DNA of 64,000 nt from an uncultured Gemmatimonadales bacterium. GTDB lineage: Bacteria; Gemmatimonadota; Gemmatimonadetes; Longimicrobiales; RSA9. This document shows positions 9,096 to 19,222 of the stretch, piece after piece. The notes beneath the pieces were generated by a model. It saw only the letters and a program-made list of their open reading frames with translations. It was not told where the DNA came from and did not search any database. The stretch covers positions 4,768,001-4,832,000 of the forward strand of contig OY970192.1 in assembly GCA_963708135.1 (NCBI GenBank). Direction: 5' to 3'. The position numbers and the translations under genes were made by a program. Each line of letters opens with the position of its first letter. Position 1 is the stretch's first letter.

Positions 9096-11375
9096 TCAGC
9101 GGAGACGTGCCCCAACTTCTTGGGCAGCTGCCTCCACCTCAGCGACCACTTCCCTGAGGAAGAGGTTTCGGTCGGGTGACGGGACGACATCCGGGACAGG
9201 TGCTGCCGGCTCGTAAATGTCGTCACCGATGATCCGCGCACGCACGAAGGTTGAGCCAGTGCCGTGCTTGTCGTAGGCGTCTCGCCATTCGTTCGCGCGA
9301 TCCCGCCACACACGGCGCGTTGACAGCTCCATCAGTCGGCTCGCGATGTTCTCGGCGATGGCGTCGTACGTGGCCTGCTCCTCGTCTTCAGTAGGTTCCG
9401 GCCCCTCCCATTCAAGCGGGTTCTGGACGAAAACGTAGATCTTCTGGGTCAGCTCGCGCCGGAGATCAGCAACGGGCTTCAACGTGTCGTATTCGTCCGC
9501 CATCCCGGTGGCAAGCCGCCTGCTCAACGCCTTGACGCGGGTCCAGTGTTCCTTGGTCATAGCCACGCCAGACTCCAGGCCCAGCCGCTGCCGCCATGCA
9601 TGCTGGAACGCTTCGGCTGCGCTGCGGATCCCGAGTACGAGATCCATTCTATCATATACCGGTTGAGCAGATGCCGGCTGCGGACGATCTACCACGTCTT
9701 CGATCGCTTGCAGCAGGCCGCGAAGTTGCTTTACCGTTCGCCTTCCTGCGGCGGTATTCGTTGCCAGTGGCTCGTGTAGGCCGCCTAGGAAGAAGCGTGC
9801 ACCATCTAGGCGCTTTCGCACTGCACGCTCCGCATGCGCACCCAGTTCCTCGCCGAACGCAGCCAGCACGTTCTCGGCCGACGCCAGAACGTGTTGAGCC
9901 TTTGCATCAGCGTTAGGGAGGTTGTCACCTTTCACCTCATCGAAATGGGTGAACGCGACGATGAGCTTACGCGCGTTGCCAGTGGATATGATTTCGCGCA
10001 TTGCCGCGACGGGCGCGGCCTGCATCGGCTGCGTTGCGTTGTCGATCAACAAGACGGCGTCGACCACTTCAATGCGACGGCTCACTCCTGTTGAGACAGA
10101 GGATGCTGATGTCGGAGTGTGGCCGAGTCCTTCACCGTCCAGGATGACGAGCTTCGGAGGACTCTGCCCCTCCAGCCATGTGGGTGTGAAGGGGCCGGAT
10201 ACCCGAACTCCGTTGACCAGGGGAGTCAGGAGGCGACCGTAGTAGGGCGCGTAGTTGCTGGAGAACCTGGTGATCGCCTTCAGGAAGTCACGGCGAGCAT
10301 CGGTATCCCATTCGGCGTGCCATGAAAGCGGCCAGCCTTGCTTTGTCTTCTTGACCGTACCCTGCGGTAGGAGTTCGAAGCGCTTCTCGATCTCGTCCAT
10401 CAGAGCGTCGGCAACAGCGTGGAACTCCTCGTCGTCCCGGAGCAGATTATCGAGCTCTTCCTCGAACAGTTCTTCGAGGACACGCTCGTCCCCTTCATCG
10501 GCAGCGGCAAGCTCGTCCCGGAGGCGCTCTCCGAGGCGCTGTGAGACACTTCGCAGCTGAGACACAACGCGCTGGAGCAGTTCTGCGGTTACGTCCATGT
10601 CAATGTCGCCGAGTTCCTCCGCGGTAAAGAGCTCGTCGTCGCCCTGGTCGTCTTCGTCCTCGTCATCAAGGCCGAAGGCGACGCTCTTCACGCTCGGCCC
10701 CGTCCCGAGGACGTAGCTGAAGCGATACCGCTGGTTCACATGGTTCAAGAGGCGCCGCAGGATCGTTGCGTCGTCCGCGCCCTTTGATGCGGCCAGTACA
10801 GCCGCCGAAATGCATTCATTCAGGTACTCTCGGATCTCGTCGGAAGTCGCAAATGTGACAATCGCCCGCCATGGCCCGTCGTCGACGATGATCTCGGTAT
10901 CGTGAATGGTCGTCTTTGCCGTTGAGGTTGACGGAAAGCGCTCCGTCGCCGGGTCGGTTCCGATCAGTTGCCGCACGACAGTTGTCTTGCCGGCTCCCGT
11001 CGTGCCCAACAGCAGCACACGACGATACCCGTCAGGCGAGGAAGGCGGCAGAGCAACCGCTTCGTCGCGGATCCGAGCAAAGTCGACCTCCTCGGGCACC
11101 ATCTTATCGAAAAAGATGTTGACGACTCTCTGGTCGAAACGCCGTTCGGCCTCCGGACGGGCGGCTGCGTCATGGAACAGCGTGTCCCGGAGGAGTTCGT
11201 TGAGTTGATCGCGCAGTCGCCCTGCCTCGGCCACGTCGCGGGTCCCGAGACCTTTGCGCACACGAACGCCGGGCTTTCCTGTCGCCTCATCTCGGCGTAC
11301 AGGATGCCGGAAGATCACGGTGTAGCCGGACCGGCCCTGAGTCTGGCTCAGACTGGCGGTGTACCGCTTGCTCAT
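9096..11375 (-). CDS. Dynamin/GBP-like P-loop GTPase with an N-terminal putative DNA-binding domain
   Basis: G1 GTTGAGKT, G2-like STAKTT, G3 LDGEG, G4-like THFD. ATG at 11375 with GGAGG upstream. N-terminus ...RVRKGLGTRDVAEAGRL resembles integrase N-terminal arm-binding-type domains. Confidence 0.75.
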   Translation of the reverse strand: MSKRYTASLSQTQGRSGYTVIFRHPVRRDEATGKPGVRVRKGLGTRDVAEAGRLRDQLNELLRDTLFHDAAARPEAERRFDQRVVNIFFDKMVPEEVDFARIRDEAVALPPSSPDGYRRVLLLGTTGAGKTTVVRQLIGTDPATERFPSTSTAKTTIHDTEIIVDDGPWRAIVTFATSDEIREYLNECISAAVLAASKGADDATILRRLLNHVNQRYRFSYVLGTGPSVKSVAFGLDDEDEDDQGDDELFTAEELGDIDMDVTAELLQRVVSQLRSVSQRLGERLRDELAAADEGDERVLEELFEEELDNLLRDDEEFHAVADALMDEIEKRFELLPQGTVKKTKQGWPLSWHAEWDTDARRDFLKAITRFSSNYAPYYGRLLTPLVNGVRVSGPFTPTWLEGQSPPKLVILDGEGLGHTPTSASSVSTGVSRRIEVVDAVLLIDNATQPMQAAPVAAMREIISTGNARKLIVAFTHFDEVKGDNLPNADAKAQHVLASAENVLAAFGEELGAHAERAVRKRLDGARFFLGGLHEPLATNTAAGRRTVKQLRGLLQAIEDVVDRPQPASAQPVYDRMDLVLGIRSAAEAFQHAWRQRLGLESGVAMTKEHWTRVKALSRRLATGMADEYDTLKPVADLRRELTQKIYVFVQNPLEWEGPEPTEDEEQATYDAIAENIASRLMELSTRRVWRDRANEWRDAYDKHGTGSTFVRARIIGDDIYEPAAPVPDVVPSPDRNLFLREVVAEVEAAAQEVGARLR

Positions 11376-11387
11376 TTGCCGCCTCCA

Positions 11388-11470
11388 CGTTGTTCCTTTG
11401 TTGTTCCGACGGAAGAGTAAGGCCGTAGCAGCCGGCACGCAAGAGTCTCGGGAACAACCAAGGAACAACG
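11388..11470. promoter_or_regulatory. 20-bp inverted repeat (1 mismatch, 43-nt loop) in the GTPase leader
   Basis: cgttgttcctttgttgttcc (11388-11407) versus ggaacaaccaaggaacaacg (11451-11470). Each arm holds two GGAACAAC units. Confidence 0.75.
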
Positions 11471-11587
11471 GAAGCGCCGGCGCAGCTGTCTCACCCAGCT
11501 TGTGTCAGAATCCGATCCGTGTTCTAAGGTGTTGTCAATCCGCGCCTTCCGAGCTTGATCTCAAAACGGGTGAGTCGATACAGGACC

Positions 11588-12028
11588 CAGGAGGTGTGTC
11601 CGTGGAATTCGGCGAAAATCGTTCAGCTCACGGCTGGCCTGGACTTTTTCCCGCGGGCCGGGGAACCGCCGGATTCGGATTCCGCGCCTGCGGCGCTGGA
11701 TTCGGATTCGGATTCGTTGCGGGCGGGGCAGGACGCGGCGCGCGGCGTCGTGCTGCCGGGTACGGATGCGCCATCGCTCGTTCGGCTCATGCGGATGACG
11801 CGGGAGGAGTGGGACCGGTGGACGCGCGGGTCGGCGATCCGGCGCGCCGGCTACGAGGGGTTCCGGCGCAACGTGGCGGTGGCGCTTGGGAACTGGCTGG
11901 CATCCGGGGCTGAGGCACCGGAGGATGCGGTGGCGGTGCTCCGGGATGCTCTCGAGGACGAGAGCGAGCTGGTGCGGGAGCACGCGGCGTGGGCGCTGCG
12001 GCGCGCGGGTCGATCCGGCGGCGGCTGA
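11588..12028 (+). pseudogene. queG: 3' fragment of epoxyqueuosine reductase
   Basis: QEVCPWN (from the CQxVCPWN Fe-S motif, first Cys missing), AIRRAGYEGFRRNVAVALGNW and HEAT-like VREHAAWAL. No N-terminal part upstream. Confidence 0.8.
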
Positions 12029-12227
12029 GCCTCCCACCGAGCCAGCTCCGACGCGGTGGTCCAGCCGGACCGAGATTGGCTCACCCGCAAGCTGTCCGTG
12101 TACGCGGAGCCAGAGTTCCTCGAGATCCGCGACGTGATGCGCGGCCCGGCGACGACGCGCTGCCGGGCGAGTTCTACGACGCACGCAACGAGCAGTCGTC
12201 CGGCGGAGGCTTTCCGGGCGACGCCGA

Positions 12228-12602
12228 CTACCAGAGAGAGTTGATGATCGGTGATGCAGGCGTGCCGTACAGGCTGCACTTGCCGAGCCACTCGACCAGC
12301 GCCGGAAAGTCCTCCCAGCTCTCCTGCGCCCGCTGGAAGTGGTCTGCAACACCAGCATCCGTCTCGTAGACTTCCGCGAGCACGTAGCACATGTTGCCGG
12401 TAGGCGCAGAACCCGTGTCCATCGGGTTTTCCAGCTCCGGGGCTCTGGACACCTCGTAGCTCAGCAGGGCCCGGTCTCCGCTGCGATGGTGCGTCCGCTC
12501 CATCCACTTCTTGTGGCTCCGGAAGATCCGATCACCCTCCGCGACGTGCTCCTCGGGAGCAATGATCACGTAGTTGAGGTGGGTCTTGCCCTCGTGCGCC
12601 AT
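12228..12602 (-). CDS. Hypothetical protein (possible dimeric alpha/beta barrel)
   Basis: MAHEGKTHLNYVII..., with GGAGG RBS and good codon usage. Confidence 0.7.
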   Translation of the reverse strand: MAHEGKTHLNYVIIAPEEHVAEGDRIFRSHKKWMERTHHRSGDRALLSYEVSRAPELENPMDTGSAPTGNMCYVLAEVYETDAGVADHFQRAQESWEDFPALVEWLGKCSLYGTPASPIINSLW

Positions 12603-12741
12603 CGTGGCCTCCATTGTGGGGGAAAATGCCTTCGGAATGTGCAAGGTAGGCTTGCGTGCGCGGAGGCACCACCGCGGCGCGCCGGAATCCACGAGGCAAA
12701 GGCGGCGGCCAGAGCGAGACCGCGCCACACGACGCTGGCTG

Positions 12742-12936
12742 CCACGGTGGAGCTGGTAGAGGTCGATGCGCTCGACGCCGAGCCGGCGCAGGCTCGCTTC
12801 CGCGTTCTTCCGCACGTTCTCCGGCGCGCCGCCATCCGCCATGCCGCCGCTGGACGAGCCGAACTTCGTCGCGATCACGGCTCGCTCCCGTTTCCCGCGC
12901 AGCGCCCGTCCCGGATACTCCTCGCTCGTGCCGCCG
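12742..12936 (-). pseudogene. Aldo/keto reductase internal fragment
   Basis: GGTSEEYPGRALRGKRERAVIATKFG...EASLRRLGVERIDLYQLHR. Confidence 0.8.
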
Positions 12937-13020
12937 TTCTCGGGCTTCCACCTTCACTTCCCGCGCCGCCGGAACCGGCCGGCAGCGCTGCGGGTGCTGA
13001 TCGAGGACGTGCGTCGGGAG
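12928..13020 (+). pseudogene. LysR-type regulator C-terminal fragment
   Basis: PPFSGFHLHFPRRRNRPAALRVLIEDV resembles the CrgA-like LysR C-terminus. Confidence 0.55.
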
Positions 13021-13048
13021 ATCCGAGGGCAGGGCGACGGTGAGGCGT

Positions 13049-13510
13049 CTAATCGATTCTGAAGAGCAGCTCCGTCACGTCGTCCTCCGGGTCGGCCGGG
13101 ACCGTCTCGATCTGCACGAACCCGCACTTCTCCAGGACGCGCCGGGAGCCGACGTTGCGCTCGGCCACGCGCGCGAAGAGGGGGCGCGCCGGGACTTCGG
13201 CGAGCAGCCGCACGAGGGCCGCAGTGGCGATCCCCCTTCCCCAGAACGGGCGGCCGAGCCAATAGCCGACGTTCAGGACGTCGTGTTGCGGAAAGCAGGC
13301 GATATACCCCGCCACGTCCCCGGCCACCAGGATGGTCCATGTGCGGTTCCCGGGATCCTCGAGCACACGGGTCCAGTGGGTCAGAAAGGCCTCCCGGTGC
13401 CGCGGCGGGAATGCCGCCATTGCCAGTGCATCCGCGTCAGTCTGGTGCTCGAAGAAGATGTCGAGGTCGTCTGCCTGGACGTCCCGCAGGTGAACGAGGG
13501 ACGCTGTCAT
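13049..13510 (-). CDS. GNAT (RimJ/RimL-like) N-acetyltransferase
   Basis: VGYWLGRPFWGRGIATAAL and NVGSRRVLEKCGF. Confidence 0.9.
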   Translation of the reverse strand: MTASLVHLRDVQADDLDIFFEHQTDADALAMAAFPPRHREAFLTHWTRVLEDPGNRTWTILVAGDVAGYIACFPQHDVLNVGYWLGRPFWGRGIATAALVRLLAEVPARPLFARVAERNVGSRRVLEKCGFVQIETVPADPEDDVTELLFRID

Positions 13511-13796
13511 TTCTCGTCCGGGGCGCCACAGGGCGCGTTGTCGAGCGTGGGAAAGGCCGGAATCAGAGGGGTCAGGGGCAGGCGGCGCTGCATGAATCGC
13601 TCCGGCTCGAAGTCCCGTGCCTGCGCCGCATGATATCACTGCGCAGCGGGTTCCGCACGGATGGTCCTGATCCGCCTCGCCTCGCCTTCGCGAGCAGTTC
13701 GTCGAGCCGACGATCGGCGTGTCCGCGACCACGGGGTGCACGACCTGCGTCGGCCGCGCGGGCAAGAAGTCAGCCGGGCTCTGGAAGAGGTGCCAG

Positions 13797-13900
13797 TCAC
13801 ATTCCGGACGTGTGCGTGACCTCCCAATCCTCCGCGATCTTGCCGTCAACGATCCGGCTGATGACCCTGCCCTCGGTCGTCCAGATCCGAGTGCCGGCGG
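13797..13900 (-). pseudogene. SnoaL/NTF2-like protein C-terminal fragment
   Basis: Reads ...WTTEGRVISRIVDGKIAEDWEV...* with no start. Confidence 0.45.
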
Positions 13901-13973
13901 TTCAGGGCGAAGCGAAGGCTGCCGTAGTCTCCGACCGCACCTCCCGCCGCAGCCGCATTGGCTGTTCCCGCCG

Positions 13974-15566
13974 TCACTTCGGCGGCGCCACGACCCCCTT
14001 CCCGTTGCAGTGGTCCGCGCGCTTGTGTGGCGGCGGGATGAAGACCGGCTCCAGGCAGCCGGATGCGAAGGTGCTCCCCGCCGTGAAGACCGTGCCGTAG
14101 GGGGCGCCCTCGCTGGTGACGTCGGGAGTGAGCGTTACCCTGCTGAGCCCGCCGTTCGATGCGGTGAGCGTCACGGCCCCGGGTTTCCGGCCGCCCCAGG
14201 CGGCTACCCCTGCGTCGCGGATCGCGGCGTGGTCGAAGTATGCCTGGCTATCGTGGACCTGGATGCCCCGCCACCGGGTGTCGTCGCCGCGGAGCGTCAC
14301 GGGCTTCCCGGCCGTGCCCATCAGGGCGAGGAAGCCACCCTTGATGATCGAGAAGCCCATGCCGGCGCCGAACCGGATCTCCACGCCCGACTGGATGCGG
14401 AGCGCCGCCCCCTCCAGGTCGAGCTCGTTGGGGGCACCGGCCCTGATGCGGTACGGCACGCCGAGGTCACGCCACGTGGCATCCTTGCGGATGTTGTTGA
14501 TTCCACCCCCGTTGGTCACGGTGATGAAGTCGGCGTCGTTGCCGGTGTAGACGCCATCGTCGAGGATGCCATCCACGGCCGGCGGCGCTAGCAGTGCGGG
14601 GCCCAGAGTGTTCGCGGTGAGGGTGTCCTTGCTGAAGTTCGTCACCTCGTCCTCGCCGCGGATCCAGAGGCCGTACCCGGCGCTCTCACGCAGCACCGAA
14701 CTGGTCACCGCGACCCTGCTGCGCAGTGCGCTCGTGCTGTGGGTGACCATCAGATCCGCGTCCGGAATCGATCCCGACCCCCCGGGGCCTCCGCCGTACT
14801 CGATCGTCACGTGGTCCAGCCGATTCGTGGCGCTTCCGCTGTCGGTGAAGCGGAGCCCGCGCCAGGCGCCCCGCCGCCGCTCGACGCCGGTGAGCCGGAT
14901 CGGCCGTGTCGCCGTGCCCACCGCGGAGAGCGCCGCGTCGCGGCTTACGACGAGCTCCGCACCGTTGCTGAACCCGACCACCGTTCCCGGCTGGATCCTG
15001 AGCACGCCACCCGTCCACTCGACGGCCCCCCGGGACTCGTAGTCGAAGCAGCTCGGATCCAGGATCCAGTCTTCCCACGTGGCATTCTGCCGCCCGCCAG
15101 TGGGGACGACCCGCGGCGCCGGGCACTCGATCGTGAGCAGGACGGACGCCGAGTGGCGGTGGTCAGCCGTGCTCCTCGCCCGGATCGAGACCTTTCCGGT
15201 GCGCACGGCGGTGACCAGCCCCGCGGCATCGACAACGGCGACGGTCGTATCCGCGCTGGACCAGCTCACCTTCTGCGGCGCGCTGGGCGGCTCCACCTTC
15301 GCGCGGAGGCGCACGGTGCCGCCCGCCTTCACCGTCCGCTTCGGCGCGGCGATGGTCACGCCCGTGACCGTGTCCTCCCCTGCCGTCGGCAGGCGGCGCG
15401 CGGCGTGTCCCGTCCGAGGCAGGGGGCCGCGGGTATGGCGGCCGGCCTCCGGTCTCGCGTGGCGGGAAGCGCGGTATCTCCCGGCGGGAGTGGCCGCCGC
15501 CCGCGCGCCAGTGGCCAGCGCCAGGGTCGCGGCGGCGGTGATGAGGAGCGGACCGGCTCTGCACAT
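13974..15566 (-). CDS. Secreted protein with Ig-like (Big_2) domain and beta-helix-like region
   Basis: Signal-peptide-like N-terminus and Big_2 pattern VSWSSADTTVAVVDAAGLVTAV. Two repeats of a GTAxxPI/VxL.G...WRG unit. Confidence 0.75.
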   Translation of the reverse strand: MCRAGPLLITAAATLALATGARAAATPAGRYRASRHARPEAGRHTRGPLPRTGHAARRLPTAGEDTVTGVTIAAPKRTVKAGGTVRLRAKVEPPSAPQKVSWSSADTTVAVVDAAGLVTAVRTGKVSIRARSTADHRHSASVLLTIECPAPRVVPTGGRQNATWEDWILDPSCFDYESRGAVEWTGGVLRIQPGTVVGFSNGAELVVSRDAALSAVGTATRPIRLTGVERRRGAWRGLRFTDSGSATNRLDHVTIEYGGGPGGSGSIPDADLMVTHSTSALRSRVAVTSSVLRESAGYGLWIRGEDEVTNFSKDTLTANTLGPALLAPPAVDGILDDGVYTGNDADFITVTNGGGINNIRKDATWRDLGVPYRIRAGAPNELDLEGAALRIQSGVEIRFGAGMGFSIIKGGFLALMGTAGKPVTLRGDDTRWRGIQVHDSQAYFDHAAIRDAGVAAWGGRKPGAVTLTASNGGLSRVTLTPDVTSEGAPYGTVFTAGSTFASGCLEPVFIPPPHKRADHCNGKGVVAPPK

Positions 15567-15667
15567 GGACGGCCTCCGGGTTCGGGTGTGCCTGCGGGCA
15601 TCGTACCAAGCGATGGCGCTCGCTCAGCCCGCCGGGAGCGCATGGAACGTTCAGGTCAGCCCGTCAA

Positions 15668-18600
15668 TCACGGGACGGTGCACTTGAAGTCGAAGGTCGG
15701 CCCCACCAGTCCTGGATCGTAGTCCGGTGGCACGCTGATCTCGAACGTCGCCTGGATCGGCGCTTCCGTGCGATCTCTGGCGTCCTGCCCGCCGTTGCAG
15801 TCCAGCGGTGTCTTGGGATAACAGCCCGGGTCGAGGACCACGGTTCCCGAGACGGAGCCGATCAGCCTCTGCCCGAGATCGTATGCCTGGACCGTGAGCC
15901 AGGCCTGCGGGGGCACCTCGTTACCGTTCTCGTCCCCCTCGAGGGTGTAGTAGGGATCGGAGAAACCGTCCGGCCGGCCGAGCTCGCCGGCGAGTCCGAC
16001 GGGGTAGGTCCCGGGACTCAGGATCACGAAAGGCGACTGGGGCTGGATGTCGAGTACCCCACCGGTCTGTGCATCCGACAGCTCGACGACATAGAGCTGA
16101 CCGTTGTAGGTCGGGCTCAGGACGACGTCCTGGAAGAGCGCCGCATCCCCGGCGTCCCCCACGACCGGCGTGCCGCCCGTGACCTGCACGCCGAACTGGC
16201 AGCGGCAGCCGAGATCGATCGTGACCGTTCCACTAACCCCTGGATCGTCCGCGCTCGTGGCCGTGATCCTCGCCACACTGCCGGCGGGGAAGCTGGAGGG
16301 CGCCGTGTAGGTCGCACTCAGTCCCGACCCCACGATGGTGCCCACGTCGGCGCTCCACACGATCGACGTGGTGTCCGGCAAACCGATCGGGGAGGCCGTG
16401 AGGGTCTGCATTGCGCCTTCGGCCAGACAGGTGAAGCCGGGCGAGATCACGATCTGGCCGCAATCCAGCTGGACCGTCGCGGTGTCGGCGATCGTCGGAT
16501 GGTTGGCACTCGAGGCGACGACCGTCGCCACACCGCTCGCGGGAGGTGTGGTGGGCGCGGTGTAGGTGACCTGGAGTCCGGTTCCGGGGATGCTCCCCGC
16601 GTCGGTGCGCCACGCGATGGTGGTGGAGTCGGGCAGGCCGACCAGCGCGGCCGTGAACGTCTGCTGGGCGCCCGGCGCGAGGCAGATCGTCCGCGGCCTC
16701 ACGAGGATGTGGCCGAAGCGGATCGTGGCGGTCGCGGTCGGCTCGACGCCCGAAGCGGCGAGCGCGCCGGTCGTGGCGACGTCCCGCACGGTGAGCAGGT
16801 CGGGCGTGGACACGTCGGGATTCTTCGGCGCCTGATAGAAGACGGTGTCAACGGTGTCGTTGCCGAGCTTGATGTTGGCGAGTCCCTGGAGAGGGGAGCT
16901 CGCGTCGATCTCGACCTGCTCCGGGTGAGCCGCGTTGTGGACGGTCAGCTTGAACCTGATGAAGTCCTCCGGCGCGGCGAGCGTGTCCGTGGGAGCGATG
17001 CCCAGCTCGATCTGCGTGACTTCGATCGGCATCGGCTCCGAGCGGATCTGCTGGAACCCGAACTGCCCGTCGTCGGGATCCACGGTGCGCACCTCGAGGT
17101 GCGAGATGCCCACCTGTCGGGGGACGTACGCTCCGTGCGAGACCAGCTCCACGGAGTTGCCCGAGACGATCGCCTGGTCGCTCCAGGCGGGATCCGTCAC
17201 GTCCACCGGACCGGCGAGCTTCGGCGCGACCTCGATGAAGTCGGAGCCGGCGGTCGAGTCGATGAACGCCTGAATGATCGTGTTGAGCACGAAGTCCGCG
17301 ATGGCGGAGCCCTGCAGAGTCGGGAAACGGTCGAGGAAGGCGTCCAGCCCCTCGCCGGCGGTTCCCACGTACTGGAAGATGGTGTTGAGCACCGCCTTGT
17401 CCATCTTCCACCCGATGCTCGTCGCCGTGGCCCGTGCCCGGGTCCACTCCCCCGGCCCGGCCTCGTCCTCGAGGAAGACGGACTTGTAGTCGAACGTGAG
17501 GGAAACGAACTGCGAGGGGAGAATGCCGGCCATCCCCTCCAGCGTCGTCTGGCGCAGCCAGACAAGGGCGCCGATGACTTTCGCCGCGAGCTTCGTCGGA
17601 GGCGTGGGGATCTCGCCGATCACGGCGAAGCTGTCACCGAGGTCCGAAGTGATCTTCGCCGTCGCGCCGCTGCCCTGGAACTTCGCCGCGACCGCCATGC
17701 GCATGCAGCGGTCGAGCTCGGCCACGTCGGCCAGCCCGATGACGGTGCATTCCACGACCGCGTCCGCCGACTCGGTCCGGATCGCGGCCGGAGCCGCCAC
17801 GCTTCCGGAGCGGAGCGGTGCGGGAGCGAGCTGATCCTGAAGCATCTCGAGGATCCCGATCCTGGCGAGCAGGGCGTCCAGGAGCGCCTCGGTCTCGGGG
17901 TCCAGGCCGCCCCCGGCGAGGGTGGTGAGGGAATTCGGGTTCGTCGAGTCCGCGACGATGCTCTGCATCACCGCGACCGGGATCAGGTAGCCCGGAAGGC
18001 TCGTGGGATCCGACAGCAGCTCGTCGGGGGCCACGCCGGCGAGGCCCGCCTGCCGCTGCACGATCGCTTCCAGCGCGGCCACGACGCGGCCGAACTCGCC
18101 CGGCGCGGGCGGCAGCGGGTCAATGGTGAACGACACCGCGGCGCACGCCCGGGTCCCGTCGGTGAAGCGTAGCGTCACCTTGCCGCCACCCGGATCCCCG
18201 GACGGGTGGAGCGGCGCGACGAGAACGGCGGTCCCGTCCTCCGCCCGGATCAGCGGCGCCGGAGCGGCCTCGCCGCCGGTGCCGGTGACCAGAGCGTACG
18301 GCGTGGCGTCGAATTCGTCCGGGAACCGACCGACGGCCACCCTGTCCAGCGGCAGAGCGTTCGCCTCGGCAAGGGAAAGATCCGGGCACGGGATGGTGAC
18401 GAAGTCGTCGCCGGCGCCGCACATGGCGATCGGGTGCGTCACGTACGTGGCCCAGCTACCCCTCGGTGCGATGCGTTCCGCGTCCGTGCCGCCCGCCCAC
18501 GCCCCTTCCTGGCGGTCACCGAGCGCGACGTCCGCATGCGCGGCGACGATGACGGGGTCCGCCGATCCGAGCGTCGACCGCGCAATCGCGTACGTGTAGG

Positions 18601-19000
18601 ACGTGACTCCCGCGCCGTGCGCGGCGGCGTATGGAAAGCGGCCCGGCACCGGGTTCCCCGCCTGATTCACCGGGATCGCCTCCGCCGAGGCGCCGACGAA
18701 GAGGTGCGTGTCTTCGAGCTTCCACCCGTCCCGGGTCGAGAAGGTGACGAAGACGGTGTTGTCGTCGTTGGCGATGCTCACCGAGCCGACGACCTGGCGG
18801 CCGTTCCCAGCCACCAGGTTGACGACCGTGGGGCTGCCGCACGCGGAAGAAGGATCGGCAGCCGGAGATACGCCGGCATCGACCGTCGGCACCTGTCGCC
18901 GACCCGGCTGCGTCGCGGAGTCGCCGCAGGCGGCGGAGAGAAGCGCGAGGAAGAGGCCGGTCATCAGCGCCGGGACGGGTCGTGCGCGTCGCGTAGGCAT
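15668..19000 (-). CDS. Large surface lipoprotein with repeated Ig-like domains
   Basis: Lipobox LSAAC. Two C-terminal repeats (CLAxGAxQTxTA...W..D.G.I.G.GL..TYTAP). Confidence 0.75.
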   Translation of the reverse strand: MPTRRARPVPALMTGLFLALLSAACGDSATQPGRRQVPTVDAGVSPAADPSSACGSPTVVNLVAGNGRQVVGSVSIANDDNTVFVTFSTRDGWKLEDTHLFVGASAEAIPVNQAGNPVPGRFPYAAAHGAGVTSYTYAIARSTLGSADPVIVAAHADVALGDRQEGAWAGGTDAERIAPRGSWATYVTHPIAMCGAGDDFVTIPCPDLSLAEANALPLDRVAVGRFPDEFDATPYALVTGTGGEAAPAPLIRAEDGTAVLVAPLHPSGDPGGGKVTLRFTDGTRACAAVSFTIDPLPPAPGEFGRVVAALEAIVQRQAGLAGVAPDELLSDPTSLPGYLIPVAVMQSIVADSTNPNSLTTLAGGGLDPETEALLDALLARIGILEMLQDQLAPAPLRSGSVAAPAAIRTESADAVVECTVIGLADVAELDRCMRMAVAAKFQGSGATAKITSDLGDSFAVIGEIPTPPTKLAAKVIGALVWLRQTTLEGMAGILPSQFVSLTFDYKSVFLEDEAGPGEWTRARATATSIGWKMDKAVLNTIFQYVGTAGEGLDAFLDRFPTLQGSAIADFVLNTIIQAFIDSTAGSDFIEVAPKLAGPVDVTDPAWSDQAIVSGNSVELVSHGAYVPRQVGISHLEVRTVDPDDGQFGFQQIRSEPMPIEVTQIELGIAPTDTLAAPEDFIRFKLTVHNAAHPEQVEIDASSPLQGLANIKLGNDTVDTVFYQAPKNPDVSTPDLLTVRDVATTGALAASGVEPTATATIRFGHILVRPRTICLAPGAQQTFTAALVGLPDSTTIAWRTDAGSIPGTGLQVTYTAPTTPPASGVATVVASSANHPTIADTATVQLDCGQIVISPGFTCLAEGAMQTLTASPIGLPDTTSIVWSADVGTIVGSGLSATYTAPSSFPAGSVARITATSADDPGVSGTVTIDLGCRCQFGVQVTGGTPVVGDAGDAALFQDVVLSPTYNGQLYVVELSDAQTGGVLDIQPQSPFVILSPGTYPVGLAGELGRPDGFSDPYYTLEGDENGNEVPPQAWLTVQAYDLGQRLIGSVSGTVVLDPGCYPKTPLDCNGGQDARDRTEAPIQATFEISVPPDYDPGLVGPTFDFKCTVP

Positions 19001-19222
19001 TCGCGGCTCCGGGTGAGATTGGGGCGACTCGATGGTGACCGTCAGCTCGATCAGGGCCCTATAGACGCCGTCGACGGCGTCGCCGGGTACGGGCCTCAGG
19101 ACGCGCGGGGCTTCCGCCGCCCACATTCCAAGAGCGAGAAAACCGGCGGAGGTCCGCCACGTGGGGACCAGCGCGTGGGGCAGGCGAGCTGTGGTGCGGC
19201 TGCCGAGCGGTGGGGCAGGATC

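Noticed and set aside
11670..11717. ggattc microsatellite
   Set aside because: Short; simply encodes a DSDSDS low-complexity linker within the queG remnant.
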